Shown here: positions 40,291 to 56,430 of the stretch, one piece after another
How the letters are laid out: every line of letters starts with the position of its first letter
Position numbering within the stretch: the stretch's first letter is position 1
Assembly (NCBI RefSeq): GCF_006345805.1
Contig: NC_043005.1
Location: 82,212,001 to 82,276,000 of the forward strand
Direction of reading: 5' to 3'
Source of the DNA: Octopus sinensis
Taxonomy: Eukaryota
DNA length: 64,000 nt
Notes under the pieces: generated by a model
What the model saw: the letters and a program-made list of their open reading frames with translations, nothing else
Database searches by the model: none
Told to the model about the DNA's origin: nothing
Made by a program: the position numbers and the translations under genes

Positions 40291-43200
40291 ACATCGGCAG
40301 ACCGCTACAGAATGAGTTAAGAATGCGACTTATAAGCTGGTACAAAATTACATTTGAATATAATAAGAAGCTGGTATTTTCGTTTTAGCATAGATATGAA
40401 CGATTATCAGGTATAAGACAATATTAAATGAATATGTATTAAATATTATAAAGTTTAACGTCACAAGCGGAGACGATACAGATTTCCATTTATAGCAATT
40501 TTCGACGAATCCTAATATTCTCATATACCATTTAAGTCAAATATAGAACACAATATGCGCTGTAAAGATATCCTAGAATGGAATTCAGAGTGAATCAATG
40601 TTATAATCAACCTGAAGTTCGATTGGATGCTGCAACTGGCCAAAAGGCAATCCTTTTCTTAAAACGTGTGGTCACTCATCTTAGTAAAAGTTAGACTCAT
40701 TAACCAGAAGAGAGTAATACAGGCTAAGGGATAACTAATTGAAAACTTGTGGAATAAATTAAATACATATCACTTAGCAGATCTCTGATCGACCCTGTTG
40801 CAACCACGAGCATTTTAGATTTTGGATATATCGAAGAGTACATTCCTCAAATGTCAACCGCCTTTCTGAGACTGTTGTATGTAGTTTGAAGGACATTTGG
40901 CTGTTATTTTAATTGCTAGAATGTCTCCGTTAATATTCTCATCCCTGTGTCTTGCAAGTAATATACTATGTATTTTCGCCTCCATTAATTTCTCTGACTA
41001 AAAAAGTTATCGAGGAACGTATGAAATATATCGATAATATCTGATGATTATATAAACGAGTCGGTATCACAGCCTGTCAGGTACTTGCTCAAAATCTTGA
41101 ATTATGTTTACATTTCTTCCGTAAAAATTATTATCGCCTATCTAACCAGACCAAACATTTGTAATGTTCGATGTAGTGCTTTGTTTTCACCATCAATTAG
41201 ATTTATGTAAATTGCATTAACAAATTCGATTGTAGAAATCTAAAAGCTAGTATCGACTAGTGATTGATTTCTCTAGACTCGATAAGTCGATGTTAAACTA
41301 TCATAATATGAATGGAAATCGAGAACAACAAAACAGCCGAATGAATAAGTTATTAGCCTTCACTGTCCCAAGTAACAAGCCATTATTTAAGTGATGTCTA
41401 TCTACCTAGACGTAAACCGAAACTTTTTCTTCTTTAATGTATCTAATACCAAGTTAAGGCTCTGGATAAAGACTTTGGCAAATATTTTAGCCGATAAAGA
41501 TTGACTTATTTTGTAGATTGCTGTAAAACCTTAAATCTGTATCCTTTCTTCCTGTACATCCTTCGAAGTTATAATTTTCTGTTATTCTAAAAGTACAATG
41601 CAGGACTGAATGCCACAGATACGCAGTTAATGTCTGCTGATAATTTTAATATGTTTTAAAGTCTTAATATACGCGGAAGAAACTAAAAAAAAAACACTAA
41701 ATATTTATTACTTAAGATTAAAAAAAAAATAAAGAATAGCGATTCAAGTAGAGATTGTATGGAAGATTCAGTTTGTATGAAAATATGTTTGGAAATACTT
41801 TCTACGCATAGAGTCCAGATTATGTTGAGGGTAACTTCATTTTCAATCATATTGCATTCGGTAAATACCTGCAGTAAAACAGTGTTACAATCCAATCATT
41901 CTGGATCACAATATAACATCGGGAGAAAACAGATGGGTGGGGGTGAGATCCACAAAATCGAGGAATCCTCACCAATGGGCCCATGTCTCATCTGGTTATA
42001 TAACTTGAGGTAACTCCACTCTGGATAGGATAGGCAAGGTGTACACCACTTATAACAACAATGGTACCTGAAAAAAAAAACGGTGAAACATTAGCTCCAT
42101 GAAGGCACCCTTAGTTAACTTGAATAAGAGCAGAGTGAGTGTGAAAAACATAAGAGCGGCTTTTAGGACGTACCCTGTATCTGAGTTTCCATTAAATCGG
42201 GGGAAATTTTAGAGGGGCTGTATTTTAGAAATCAATTAGTGGAGTCATGATTAGTTGCCTTTTGTTAATGAGAGAGTCAATGGAGTGATGAAAATTCATT
42301 AATCAGAATTTATTTACACATTTCTTGCATTTGTATTTAATTAAAAGAAACCTATAATTTCACCTGGTGTATAAAATGGAGCAGCTAGGGTTAGATGACT
42401 GCGATGAACTTTTTCATTACATGTACATTGTTTACTGTATTGAAAAAATAATGAAGTTTTTAACCAATTAAATTATTTTTAAATTTCGAATTATTTGAAT
42501 TTGCACCTGTTTTGTTAATCAATAATTAAAAACATCCTGATTTCAACAACACGATTATTATCATCATTAACAAGGAGCCAGAGAGAGAAAGTGAGCGTAG
42601 CTTTTAGGAGTTCTGGAAATAACAATCTAGTTTATTTACAATAACAAACAACAAATTATAAAAGAAGGAAAGTAACATTGGATTGGGGTTGAACAATATA
42701 TACTATGTTTAAAAAGTAGTGTGTTGGTCCATGTTGGAATGTCTTTGAAAATATTGGGAGATGATCTGGAGCTAAACCACAAAAAAATAATATCAATAAG
42801 CGGTCAATGCTACGAAAAAGAACAAGGTTAATAATGTCTTGAATAAAGATTAGTGATTAAAGAAAATATTTATTGTACAGAGAGAAACAACATGAGGCCC
42901 TTATCTCAAATCTAAACCATAAAAATAATATATTGTATGGAATCAGCTATTACAATATTAACTTTGGAACTGGTATATGTTAACAGAGTTTCATAAATAT
43001 TCAAAAACGCATTTGCTACAAAATTAGTCATACGAAGAATATATTCCTAATTCCATGAATTAAACTAAATAGTGGCTATCGTTCTAAAAAAAATGTAAAT
43101 ATTACTTTATAAAATGCAATAAAATTCCACAACGCTATATGTTTGTATGTATTTTGTTGTCTGTCTTTCCTACAGTTTAAACCAAATGTGCTTGCGTCTT

Positions 43201-43321
43201 AATGTATACTAAGATAAAGCTGCGTCTCTATACATAAGTCTATAAGTTTATATATATTCACACATATTTACGCGCATCTATCTATACACCTATCTTACCC
43301 CTCTCACTCTCTTTGTCTCTC

Positions 43322-43375
<54 letters not shown>

Positions 43376-45300
43376 TAGATAGAAATATTTCTAATTGTAT
43401 TATTTGTATAGTTATTTCAGATCAACCAGACATCTGCCTATGAGCTGTATTCAACGGAAATATTTCGTTATAGCGTCGTTTAGTCCGTCTAGACAGTTAA
43501 AATATTTGGATGTAAATAAATAAATATTTATCATTCTGAATCTTAATAGTTTTAGATTGTCTTCCGGATAGATTCGGTGGCTTATTTGAAAATACTATCC
43601 TTTAAATACTTCTAATCACAAAAAATGGAACTAAGCAATCGAATTGGACGTTTTTTTCAACGTTGTTATGCACCTTTCTGACCCTGTTTTATTTTCTCAC
43701 TCTTTTTCACAATAGAATACATCGAAAGATTAAGAGACAGTATAAAATGGCTTACAGTATTTTTTCTTACTATGTATTCAAATCCACCTTTATAATGGCA
43801 TTTTCTCTTTCGTTTGGAATTGTTATACCACATCGGCATTGTTTAAATAAATGTCACGATTTTAATTTCAGATGTGTATAAACTTTATCTACAATACCCA
43901 ACTCGTAAACATAGACCTGATTATTTTGTAATTATAAAGTCATGAAACCAGAGATATTTGTGCAAGATTTGCTTATATTTAACTATTTTTTCATGATTTA
44001 TATCTTCAAACGTCCTAGGAAACATATTAAGCATTATAATTAAGTCATTATTTCTAGCAAATCGCTATCTTCACTACTAACACGGATTATTTTTATCAGG
44101 TTTACAAGATTATAGATTTATAGCTATGGGTTTAGTTGAAACTCGACGTAAAACGTAATGTTATGTTCCTAGGTCTAGTACTTTGATTCCACTAGAGACA
44201 GAAACCATTTAAGAAACATCTTCGCAACTTTAATAGAAAATTTCACTTTATCTGTGACTACTAAACGAATATCAGAAGCTAAAAGTCTTTCAGCATCATA
44301 GTAGTTATCTGCAGTCCAAATACATACATTCACTACATTTAAAACACTTTACATGTCATGTGTATTACATATCACATGCAATACATATTTGCATGGCATT
44401 CATGCATCATATATCATACATATTCCTAGATTTTCTTTGCCAGCAGAGATACGTGTGACTGATGAAGAGAAAGCTTTATATTTCCCATAATGCATGAAAC
44501 ACGGGACAAATAATAGTTTGGAAACTAGCATGGACATTTTGAACAAATTTACTACAATGCTCTAGACAAGCAATCCATTATCACAGTTTTGAGAACCTCA
44601 AATCTACAAACATAGATAGTAATGAGTTCAAATTTTAATTGACGCATACATTGAAAAAAGTAGGGTTCTGCCAAGTTTCTATTAAATTTCATGACTGTAG
44701 CCTCAACACGATGGCCATTGCGATATCTTAATTTCCTTCAAATATGATAATATTATTGTATTTTAGACAATGTTTCGAAATATCATGATATAAATTTGCT
44801 ATCCCGCATGCATAATGAATCTATTTAATATATTTAAAAACGTGTTTTATTGCCCGTATTAGTAAGATTAAAAACCAAACTCTTAAACTGTGTCTCCATA
44901 TGCATTCCTGAGATCATTGATCAACATTGCATGACAAATGAATAAATATTCTATTTTAATTCATATTATACAAGGACGTTACTACTTCGAATTTATACAA
45001 CATAACTACTCTTTATATTAATAACCTACTATATTACGCATGTTAGCAATGGCCTGCTTATTTGTGTAGATGTGGCTTCTATTCCAACAATTTTACTTGA
45101 ATACAATAATTAATTCTTGAGACTAATACTTAAAATTTTCCAAATATATATTAGAAACATCTGTACAAAACATTATGTTCATATACTGCTTCCTGTCTTC
45201 CATTATTGTATATATATATATTGTTCTCGAGAAACTGATGCTACTGAATAGGTATATTCATATTCATTCAACGTTGTACATGTATACGCAGTATGTTCAC

Positions 45301-45335
<35 letters not shown>

Positions 45336-46475
45336 CACATACATACATACATGCATGTATACATACATACATACACACATACATATACACACATATGTAT
45401 GTATGGATATATGTTAGTATGTTATGCATGTATGTATTCATGCATGCATGTGTATGCATGTGTGTCTGCGTGAGTTGTTTCGGTGGGAGTTATTGTGCGG
45501 ATATGGCGTATGAATGTACGATTATTCACATTCAAATATATTCTCTTTATTAGTTCCGTCATGTCATGTTGAGAATTATTTCGGCTGGCAATAAATAAGT
45601 ATATAAATTTATTAGAAATTACAGAAAAAGTGTCACTGGTTCCTTTTATTTCGATATCTATAACAACATTCGTTTTCAAATATAAGTAATACATATATTA
45701 CAACACTTTTTCTTCAGAATTTTCGCAGTTTTGTTATAAATAATTTCATTAGGCTTCCTTTTTTGTGGAATTTTTCCTGTCAAACCTTATTACTAATATA
45801 CAAATATTTTATAGAATTATGAGATACTCTGCGTGTAGAGTAGCCACGATAATTGTGTGTCTTATTAATACATATTTCGCACTTTGGTACAACATTAAGA
45901 TAGAGTTTGGCGTTATATTTGTTACGGAATGATAAACCAAGAACGCAGTCTTTTGGAGAAAAATACAAAATAAAAACTGTGATGCATGAAATTAAATAGA
46001 GTGAAACGATAATCATGTTACTGTACGCTTTCTGATGTAGTCGATCTCCGTGTGGTTTGAACACAGACGATATGGCGTATAATGAAGAATTATAAGGAAT
46101 TAAGTCAACACCATATTACAGAGAATGAACGTTAATATGCATCATTTTTCCACTTTTATCCGCAACATAGATTCATTTTAAAATAGCTAGACAAATGTTA
46201 GAAATCAACCAACTTCAAATACTGCATAAAATATAGCTACAGGCAATCATCAATATTAATTTATAAGATTAGGAATGACGTCTTCAAAATAGAGTTTGGT
46301 ATTTAATTATCGATACCAATGTTGCAGAGCAAACAATCTCATTTCTTAGAGATTTGTAACCACTTATAAATTCCAGCGTCGTTATCAGTGCATGAATCAG
46401 TTTCATGCTTCTCCAAATAGATAAACACAGGCTCCTAGACACCATAATGTGATAGAATCGTTCAGTCTCCTATTC

Positions 46476-46477
<2 letters not shown>

Positions 46478-46552
<75 letters not shown>

Positions 46553-46741
46553 GTATATATATATATATGTATATATATATGTATATGTATATATATATAT
46601 GTATATATATATACATATATATATATAGTATATATATATACATAAATATATATATATACATATATATATATGTGTATATATATATATATATGTATATATA
46701 TACATATATTATATATATATATATATATATAATATATATAT

Positions 46742-46774
<33 letters not shown>

Positions 46775-46910
46775 GTATATATATATACATATATATATAT
46801 ACATATACATATATATATATACATATACATATATATATACATATATATATTACATATATATATATAATATACATATATATATATATATATATACATACAT
46901 ATATATATAC

Positions 46911-46947
<37 letters not shown>

Positions 46948-47037
46948 TATATATATATATTATATATATTATATATATATACATACATATATATATAATA
47001 TATATATATATATATTAATATATATATATATATATAG

Positions 47038-47068
<31 letters not shown>

Positions 47069-47100
47069 TATATATATATATATATTATATATATATGCAT
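46478..47100. repeat. (TA)n microsatellite
   Basis: Direct reading. Confidence 0.95.
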
Positions 47101-47424
47101 ATGTGTGTATATATGTATGCCTACACACGCGCGCACATACATATATATAATTTAGACAGCTAATGATTCCTGCAAATCATTCACATTAAAGGTGCTCAGA
47201 TATAAAGCACAATAAGTTGAAGGAGGTCGCTTTCAGGGATTGGCCTCATATATTGTATTCTATTCGGATGTCATGGTAACGAATCGGTAGAAATAAAAAG
47301 CCGAGAACACTGCACAAAGTATTTTATAAAAATGAATCCTAATGTGCCTTTAATGTGAAACAAAACTTCCATACATTTTTTCTTGCAATCTTTTCTCTGC
47401 ATAGAATCATGCTTCCATCCATCT

Positions 47425-47434
47425 ATATATCTGC

Positions 47435-47528
<94 letters not shown>

Positions 47529-47530
47529 GT
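47425..47530. repeat. (ATCT)n microsatellite
   Basis: Direct reading. Confidence 0.95.
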
Positions 47531-50500
47531 ATGCACGCACACGAACACACACACGAATACCAGCACACACACAAGCGCACGTATATTTGAAACCAAATCT
47601 CACTGATTAATTGTTTTGACAAAGAAACAATGCTTTTCCATATTCAGCATCTCTACTGAAAATGAGATTTAGTTTCGATATTTAGGATTATTATTTGGGA
47701 TTCAAATGTTTGGATTAAACGTGATTCATAAGCATTGAAAATTAAATATGAATTTAAAATAGTCATTCTACCAAATATATTGTGTAATGATTACCAATTT
47801 TAGCATAAACAGTGAAGTTCATTTCATGTTAAGTAAATAAAGATATAGTGTATTTCTTATACGAATTTTTTTAGTAAGAAAATGTCTTCGTATAGGAAAG
47901 TAAATTCACGAAGTATTGCGTATTTAAGACAGCATATAAATTTTATTCACGTCCGCTACAAGATGTTCTTCCTTCCAAATAAGCAAGCGTTTTCAATATA
48001 TTCCTCCTTTGGATATATAGAATTATTTATAACTTCAGAAACATATCAATATAGATATATGATAGTTAATTTTCATGCTGTACTTATACAGATATTTCCC
48101 ACAAATTAAAACCATTTAAAAGTAGAAGAAATTCCGTCTCGAATGAATTTAGACAATTCTTTCATATGGAGTATATAAATGTCTAAAATAGTGTGGAAAA
48201 CACATAAATGAACAATAATTCATGGGTAAGCTTTCAATTTTAAGACTTGTGTATAGTATTAACATTTTATCCGCTACTTAGTGTATGATTAAGTTGACAC
48301 GTACTTCTGTATGACAGTTTAAATAGAGTTATTAAAAAATGAGATCTTTCTGAAATGTTTCACATATATACCTATACGTAAAAACAGAAGATATACATTC
48401 TGTGCAGTCAGTAATATCATAAAACTTAATATTTGAAAATCGATATGAAAATTATAATAACTCCTATTGATGTTAATATTATATCCAGTGATGTATGCAA
48501 TATCTAATGCAGATTTCAGTAATGAACTTAACGAATTTAGGTGGCAGATGCACATGGTAAGAATATGAACGATATCAAAAGATATGGTTTTATAACTTTA
48601 CTTTGAAGAACAGCCTCGCACAAATGCGTCTTTGATATCAGTACAAATCGTGTGATCTTTGATGTTCTTCTTCTGAAGCTTTCTAAATATACTATCACTG
48701 ATGCTAATGCTTCAAGAGAGAATTTCCGACACGCAATTATCTACTGAAGCCCAAAATCGCTATTCGTCAGCCCATAAACAATTGATGAGTATTCTGACAA
48801 TCTTTTATATACTTTTCTTAGCAGGATATAATTATATTAATAATGATAAATGGAATATTCTACATAAATATTTAAAAGATTTGTGTGAACAAATTTTAAA
48901 GAATCTGTATTAGACGAGCCACTAATATTTTCAGCTCAGCAATTTTACAAGTCCAAGCGCTACTAAATAAATAAAGCGGGATTGCCTGCATGAAATATAG
49001 TCATTTGTGACATTGTAGCAATAGCATTTTGAAAATTAAGATGTATGACTATAAGGAGTAGATTTGATTTCAATTACGTTCACAAGTAATACAAGTGGCT
49101 TTGTGTTCAGTAGCTTACACATTCAGAGTAACGTTAAATTTATATTGTTCGTGATAAGACAACAACGCAGTTAGATAACCACCAGGCCGATTAGACGTAA
49201 CAATTAGACATCAGTTGAATTAAAATTTAATATATCATAGGAAAGTAGCATAGCATAGATAAATTAGTCTCGTTAATTTATCACCATGTAATATTCACAA
49301 TATGATAATGGTGTGTGTTTCTGATAACAGAGGTAAACAATAGCAATTTATTTCAATTCTGTTCCATTTTAACACTGAAAGCTGTTCTCATATAGAAATG
49401 GCCACGAAGCAAAACAAACATCCCAGATGCTTTTGCCTCACACAGCTGGAGCTACTCAGAAATATTACAAAATTCTCTTATGAACCTCTGTGGATATCAG
49501 AATTTCTTCCATATCATCAGTAGTTATCTCAAGGAAACAAAGCTTTCACGTCTTAGCCTGCACGCTCCGCATCTGTAGAGTAGTTATGACTGAATTAGTT
49601 TCCTCATACAGTAGGATTCCATCTTCAGTCCCTGTCAATCACAGCCACCTTGAAATGGTTTCCTTTTATCTCTAAGCAGTAAGGCAAGCCGGCTAGTTTT
49701 GTGCTGTTGTAATCTGGGTAACTTTGTGTCCAATTGTGTCTAAATACCGACCCAAATAAACAATGATTGTTAAACGTCTCAACAGAAAACGTTCATGGTG
49801 ATGATTAACATGGTGATGATTAACAAAGAAAAAAAGAAAAAAGGTAGCTACGTAAAAGCACTATTACCATCTGCTTACCCATGCGACACTCACGCCCATG
49901 GCTGTTTAAAATATGGGGGGGTTTATCTCTCACCCTGTGTGGATTATATGTTATAACATTTATTACTCGAAATGTAATTGAAAAACGACAGCATGGAGTG
50001 AATTTCTCGTAACTGATCTCCTTTAAAATATCGAGTTCAATAAACACTTATAACCAAAAAAAATCTACAAAAGAGCAATAACAGCTATATGGTGAGGGTA
50101 TGTTTTTGTATGCCAAGAAATTCGGAAATCATTATTTGGCAGTGTGAAGAACGAACTGAGTCAAAACTATTAAAACTATTAAAAATTTTAGCAAAATAAA
50201 AAAGAAATAAGTGGAAATTTTACTGGTGAGTGTGTTAAATTATAAGGCACTGTAAGAGAATGACCAGACCCAATAACGTATCCTTCAACACACGAACTCA
50301 CATAAAGAATCTTACAGACCAAATCCAAAAACGAAATTGACAATTAACTCATACTATTTCCAAAAAGACACCTAAAATCTAGAATCGTTTGTCTCTTAAA
50401 TGCGATATCCTTGCTTTCTGGATGACATATGGTCCTGAACACTGGATATGAACACGATGAATATGTGGTTATCATTTTGATTCAGTCTTAGCACACCCAT

Positions 50501-51649
50501 TCTTGATTTAATGGAATATGTGTAAAAATCATACGCTTCCATCGAATTTCCATGTACTGCTTTAGCTCAAATCTGTTTAGTGGTTAATCGATAGATTAAA
50601 TCCTGCGAATCTGTAAACCGTAAAATAATTAAAAGAAAAACAACTGAATTTACTTGTTTTGTATTCGTTGAGCTGTTTAATTTGAAACCAAAATAATATT
50701 AGATCAACATAACAGTCGATTATTAACTTATTTAATGCAATATTTATTTCCGAAGCACCTTGCTAGATAGGGGATATTTCTAAGTGCGCTGTGTATGTTA
50801 TTTTGATAAAAACTAATTAGTTCGTAATTCGATTTCATTTGTTTGGAACATAAATATTATTTATCGACAAGTTTTGAAGAACAATCATATAATAGAGTTT
50901 TATTCATTTTATTCTTGGATAGCTCGAAACTAAATAAATGCAAATGTGATCAAAGCAGCCCTTAGCTCCAAATTTAGCACACTGCGCAACGCGAATTCAC
51001 GAACTTTATTTAAGAGTTTTTTTTAAATAATATTTTGGAATTTCTTTACTAATTTTTCACCTGACCTGGCAAGTGTCGCAGGTCAAATGATATGATAAAT
51101 TTACATTGCAAGAGGTTATATAAGACAACGAAGGAACCTGCCATAGGTTGCTTAACGTGCAAGAAATAGCAGTAAAATCTCCCCCTAATTTCATAATCCC
51201 GTCTTAGAAAATAGATGTCATAGGTAAAATAAAATGGCTGAAGATTTCTGTCATTACAGATCAGCTGGATCATAGCATTCAAATGGACAAACCAAATAAA
51301 TCCGACTATAAATCGCCTTTTAAGGATTTAATGATTAATATTTTGGTTCTACAAGGGACTAGACGCCGTTTATTAGAATTACGCTTGTAAATAAATAAGA
51401 TGCATAGAAACAGTGTTATTTATATCGTTGATAAACGAGAACCGTCTGTCAGGGAATCTGGAACTGCACCACCCGTCTATATGAGAGGTCTTTTCTTCGA
51501 GACAAATAACGTAGTGTTCTGTTTTCTAACACACCATCCACGTTAATTTGGATATAATGTTTACGCTGTAGTACTTGTACTGCTTCTGCCGCCATTAATT
51601 ACTTTTCAAGATGCCCTCTGGCTATTTACGATATCAGTGTTATTCTAAT

Positions 51650-51900
51650 AGACACTGTTGTTCTATATATGTAAGACGACATGTAAAAAGGCTCTTGCAA
51701 AGCCATTGCAGATTTTCTTTCAGAGTTTCCTTGTATGTGGCATACTTCCCAACATGCCAAAAGAGGTTATAACATGCTCTGTCCATAAATCAGGGAGCAG
51801 GACAGATGCTAAAGACTACAGGCCTATCACTCTGGCATCACATGTTAGCAAGGCAATGGAACGCATTGTCAGAAAAAAAGGCTGATCGCGTTCCTAGAAG
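51650..51900 (+). mobile_element. LINE (CR1/L2/Jockey-type) RT N-terminal fragment
   Basis: CKKALAKPLQIFF...VHKSGSRTDAKDYRPITLASHVSKAMERIV. Confidence 0.8.
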
Positions 51901-53227
51901 AGAACAACCCACATTGCGTGCAGGAGATGCAAAGATGAGCAACTCTGTCCTACTTGCTACTTCCCCCGGATCAATACCGGAAACAGCACCAAGTGATTAC
52001 AGGTGGTACACCAGCATGACCTCAGCCCTGGTATGAAAACAGTAAAAGATAAAAAGATATCATTGGCGAAGAATCATCGGCTGTTATGATGCCAATGTAT
52101 ATCTGTCGCTGCACAGCTGAAGTCGGAAGGATTTCACGCGATCTGGCAGCTCCAGCAGCCGTAGTATGCAGCTTTCTTCTGCTAAGGATATAAATGAGAT
52201 TGTTTTTTATGCGCCATGAATCCATACCAGAGGTTCTTTCCAGACAAATGGCGCAACGTTCTGTATTCTATCACAATATCCACGTTAAGATAAAGAGAAG
52301 TGTAATTGATTTTAAAGAATGATTTTCTTTTGAGAAATACGTTTCCATGTTGTATACGCGTCAAGTAATATAATAAAAATTAGCATTTTTATATATAGAA
52401 GTGTATTTCCTAAGTTACCCATAATATAACAGGTTACTCTAGTGTGGCTATCATTTCAGTAAATGTATACGGATACACATTTAATGATTAAATATATCTT
52501 ATGAAATGTCATATAATATTTACAATATAGCATTTACGCATTCATAAATGTATATGAATCTTCACAAAACGTAGATTTAATTTATACAACTAGCAACAAG
52601 AGCAGTCAGTACTAATATAGGCTATCGTATCAATACTTCCATATTTCAAGTTGAGAAATCCAATAAAATGTACTTAATATTCAAAGCATCACGCTGCTCT
52701 CAGACTTCAGTTAATATTCTTTGCTTCGAGCTTGCTATCCCGCGAGTCGCCTAAAGTAGTAATTTCGCAATTTAAATACATTCACGTTCAATACAGACAT
52801 ATAGGTATAGGTACAGATACAGACACATAGGTGCGCGCATGCACACGTACATACATATGTATATACCAACATACAATACGTGTTTACATATGTGTAAATA
52901 TCTACGTTTCACTATTTCTCTCTTCCGTCTCATCTGTCTCTCTCTATATATATATATTTATATATATGCATACATATATATATTTACATACATAATTATA
53001 TATACGTATATATCTATAGATATATACATATAAATATATATATACATACATATACAAAATATGTATTTACGTACGTATATATATATGCATTCATATGCAT
53101 ATATACATATATAAATATACGTATATATATATGTATATGCATATGCATGCATACATAGACACACGCATACACACACACACGCAAACACACACACATACAC
53201 ACACACACACGCACACACACATATATA

Positions 53228-53390
53228 GTTGTATTCAAGGATGGTCATGTTGCAAGTTTAGCCAATAAAACACTATATATTTGGTGTTACTTTGCTTCAG
53301 CTTTATTTTATTTTTTCCATTAGTCGTATTTCGGGCACAGTTCTTTCGTCACACTTCTGTGATCTTATCAGAGGTCCTTAGCTTCCTGTA
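53228..53390 (-). mobile_element. Second copy of the hammerhead-bearing short repeat (degenerate core)
   Basis: Matches arm plus spacer of the 16923-17232 element; flanked by TA/CA repeats. Confidence 0.8.
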
Positions 53391-53414
53391 TATATATATA
53401 ATTGAGAAGAATTT

Positions 53415-53640
53415 TGTCTTAGTGGTTAGGGATATTCGACACACGATTTTTAGGTCGTGAATTCGATACTCCGCGATGCCTTGTACTCTTGAACGTAATA
53501 CATATCTGATGTTGCTTACGTCGACTCAGGAAAAATCATTGGTGCATCTGTTTGGCAGAGCCAGTCTTGACACTGCTGAAAACTACGTCACCGAGAACTA
53601 CGTTAGCATTACACTTTACATTACGTTTCACAGATCAACT
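53415..53640 (+). mobile_element. Degenerate tRNA-derived SINE (probably a third family)
   Basis: A-box-like tagtggttagg and B-box-like gtgaattcgatac. Confidence 0.5.
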
Positions 53641-53699
53641 GCAATACTACGCATTGTAACCGAACGGTGTGGCAGTTACACATACACACACACAAGTTT

Positions 53700-53857
53700 T
53701 ACATAATATATATATGTATAAATGCATGTCTATGTATTTTTATACGTATATTTATATATGTATATGCATACATACACACGCACATACATACATATATATA
53801 TGTATACACATATATATACCAACGTATACATATACATATATATATACATACGTATAC

Positions 53858-53894
<37 letters not shown>

Positions 53895-54012
53895 CATATA
53901 ACTATACTTACATATATATACATGCATATACGTGTATATATATATATATCCATATACTTATACAAAAACACACACACACACACATATATATATATATGTA
54001 TATATATATATA
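53700..54012. repeat. (TA)n/(CA)n compound microsatellite
   Basis: Direct reading. Confidence 0.9.
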
Positions 54013-55211
54013 TGGGTTTAACAGACAGAACCACCTTGAAGCAACTCAATCAACATTGAAGATGAAATTCCATCAAGATTGATATCTACAATTATTATTC
54101 TGCATCATATATTCAATTATATAGCCTACGCGCGTTTCTTGACAATTTGTCTATCGGTATTCCTGAAATAGAAGGTCTAGAAATTCAATACCCTATCAAT
54201 CCGACTATACTGCCAATCTTCAGGTCTGGATCGCCTAAAACTATTTTACTATTTGCATCCTATATAAAGACATGACAATTAAAATTATACAACTAGAAAT
54301 CGTCGAAATAATTTTACATTAATGTACAAAAATGAGGAATAAACAATAATAAAAATAACAAAAAAGAAATTTTAACTTATCTTTTTGGTAATTTCCACGC
54401 CACGAATTAATCATGGCTTCCAAGTGAGCAACGTATAATCTAAGCTTGAGAGCTCCGGTGTAGGGAAGATAATTCTTATTAACATTTAAGAGTTCTTAGA
54501 ATATATTTTGTATTTTATATATTTACCGTGGAAGAGAAGTAACAAATGAAAAAATAAGAGAAGCCGGAAATAAATTTATGATGGGAATGGTCTAATGTTT
54601 TATGCGGTTTATTTATTTAATTTATATGCCAACATCAGCGAACAGCCAAACATACAGATAGGCAAAAATTTACGCCAAATTACTAAACCGATACATTTAA
54701 AAATATTTGCGAATAAGTAAAAGTCTAATCTTTTCTAAATTTTTATAATTGTAATAATATTTAATATCTATTGATTAGACTATTATTCTTAACATTGACG
54801 TTACTCTTAAAATCGATTTATTCTAATATTAAAAATTTAGGATAATACAATCTTAAATTCGACTAAAAATTCGATTAAAACTTAAAACATCTGAAATATT
54901 CTGATACATATATTGTCAAGAAACGCGCGTAGTCTTTATAATTTAATATATGACGCAGAATAGTAATTGTAGATATTAATTTTGATGAAATTTAATCTTA
55001 TTTATCTCTATCATAGACCATGTCGTTCAATGTTGTTTGAGTTACTTGAAGGCGGTTCTGTTTCTTAAACCCATATATATATACGTATATAATACAGCGA
55101 GAAATTCATTTATTGCCACTAAATTGAATTACTCCTCCCTGTGGATCCGGAAATAACTTCCCCAATATTAATAATCACACACACACATATATATATATGT
55201 ATGTATGTGTG

Positions 55212-55259
<48 letters not shown>

Positions 55260-55296
55260 AAAATATATAGAGAGATAGATAGATAGATAGATAGAC

Positions 55297-55334
<38 letters not shown>

Positions 55335-55530
55335 AGAGAGAAGCGGGGATAGAGAGATGAAGGTACTCATATCTAATATCGGTAATTATCTTAATGGATT
55401 ACCGCATTGGCCTCGACCCTGAATATATATTGTAATTAACTAAATTTATATGTACATTGAAAGGAAGAAGGGAGATATCGGTCGCGCTAGTGCATATACT
55501 CTAACATACTCTAACATGTCTGTCTATCTG

Positions 55531-55585
<55 letters not shown>

Positions 55586-56368
55586 TATATACCTATGCAA
55601 AAAAGAATTGCCTCTTTAGCTGAAATCACATTCAACGCCATCTACAATTGCATTGACACTGTGAACGGCAGCACTATTAGCATATATAAATAAGCATTCT
55701 AGTTGAATCATAAATGGAATAATTGTAGTACCTACTACGATTTGCTGATGAGCCTATGAAAGCATTCCAATACTACATATTCAAATATCCTGAATGGTGA
55801 CGTCTAGAACGCTTTCGGTCATATCTGTGCTCCATCAGCCTAAAAATACCAACAATATCAATCACAAACTTTTTATCAGCAACGTATAACAGCAAACACC
55901 AAAAACTACGATTACATAACCCGTTATTCATTTAATAGAAATTTTAGAGATTATTTAACAGCATTATATAATACTGCGATATATTTGGCCAAGTAGAAAG
56001 TGCAGAAGGCTATTGAAAATAAACAAAATCAAAATAATATCATAACCGGAATGTAATGTTATGATTGGTCTATAAGTGTTGAATTATACCCAATAACTAT
56101 TGGAAAAGATTTTAGAAAATGGCCGTAAAAACATTATCATTATTGTTCTCTTGAAACGTATAATACATTGCGGTTGTAAGAAATAATTATTCTGTTCTGG
56201 ACACTAGTGAACAGCTTATGTCAGAAGATTTAGAATATTGTTAAAATTATAGTTATTATTTAAATGGATATTGTGAGTTCCACTTTCTTGTGCTGTGTAA
56301 AGTTGATATTTTATGTAATTTTATAAAAATCCTCCTCCCACCTCTGCACCTCGTGCTACTATTACAAG

Positions 56369-56406
<38 letters not shown>

Positions 56407-56430
56407 TAATAATAATAATAATAATAATAC

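Noticed and set aside
55741-55795. CTGATGA...GAAA (hammerhead-like) and TGATGA...CTGA (C/D snoRNA-like)
   Set aside because: There is no real stem II (gcctat); the C-to-D distance is only ~45 nt with no terminal stem.
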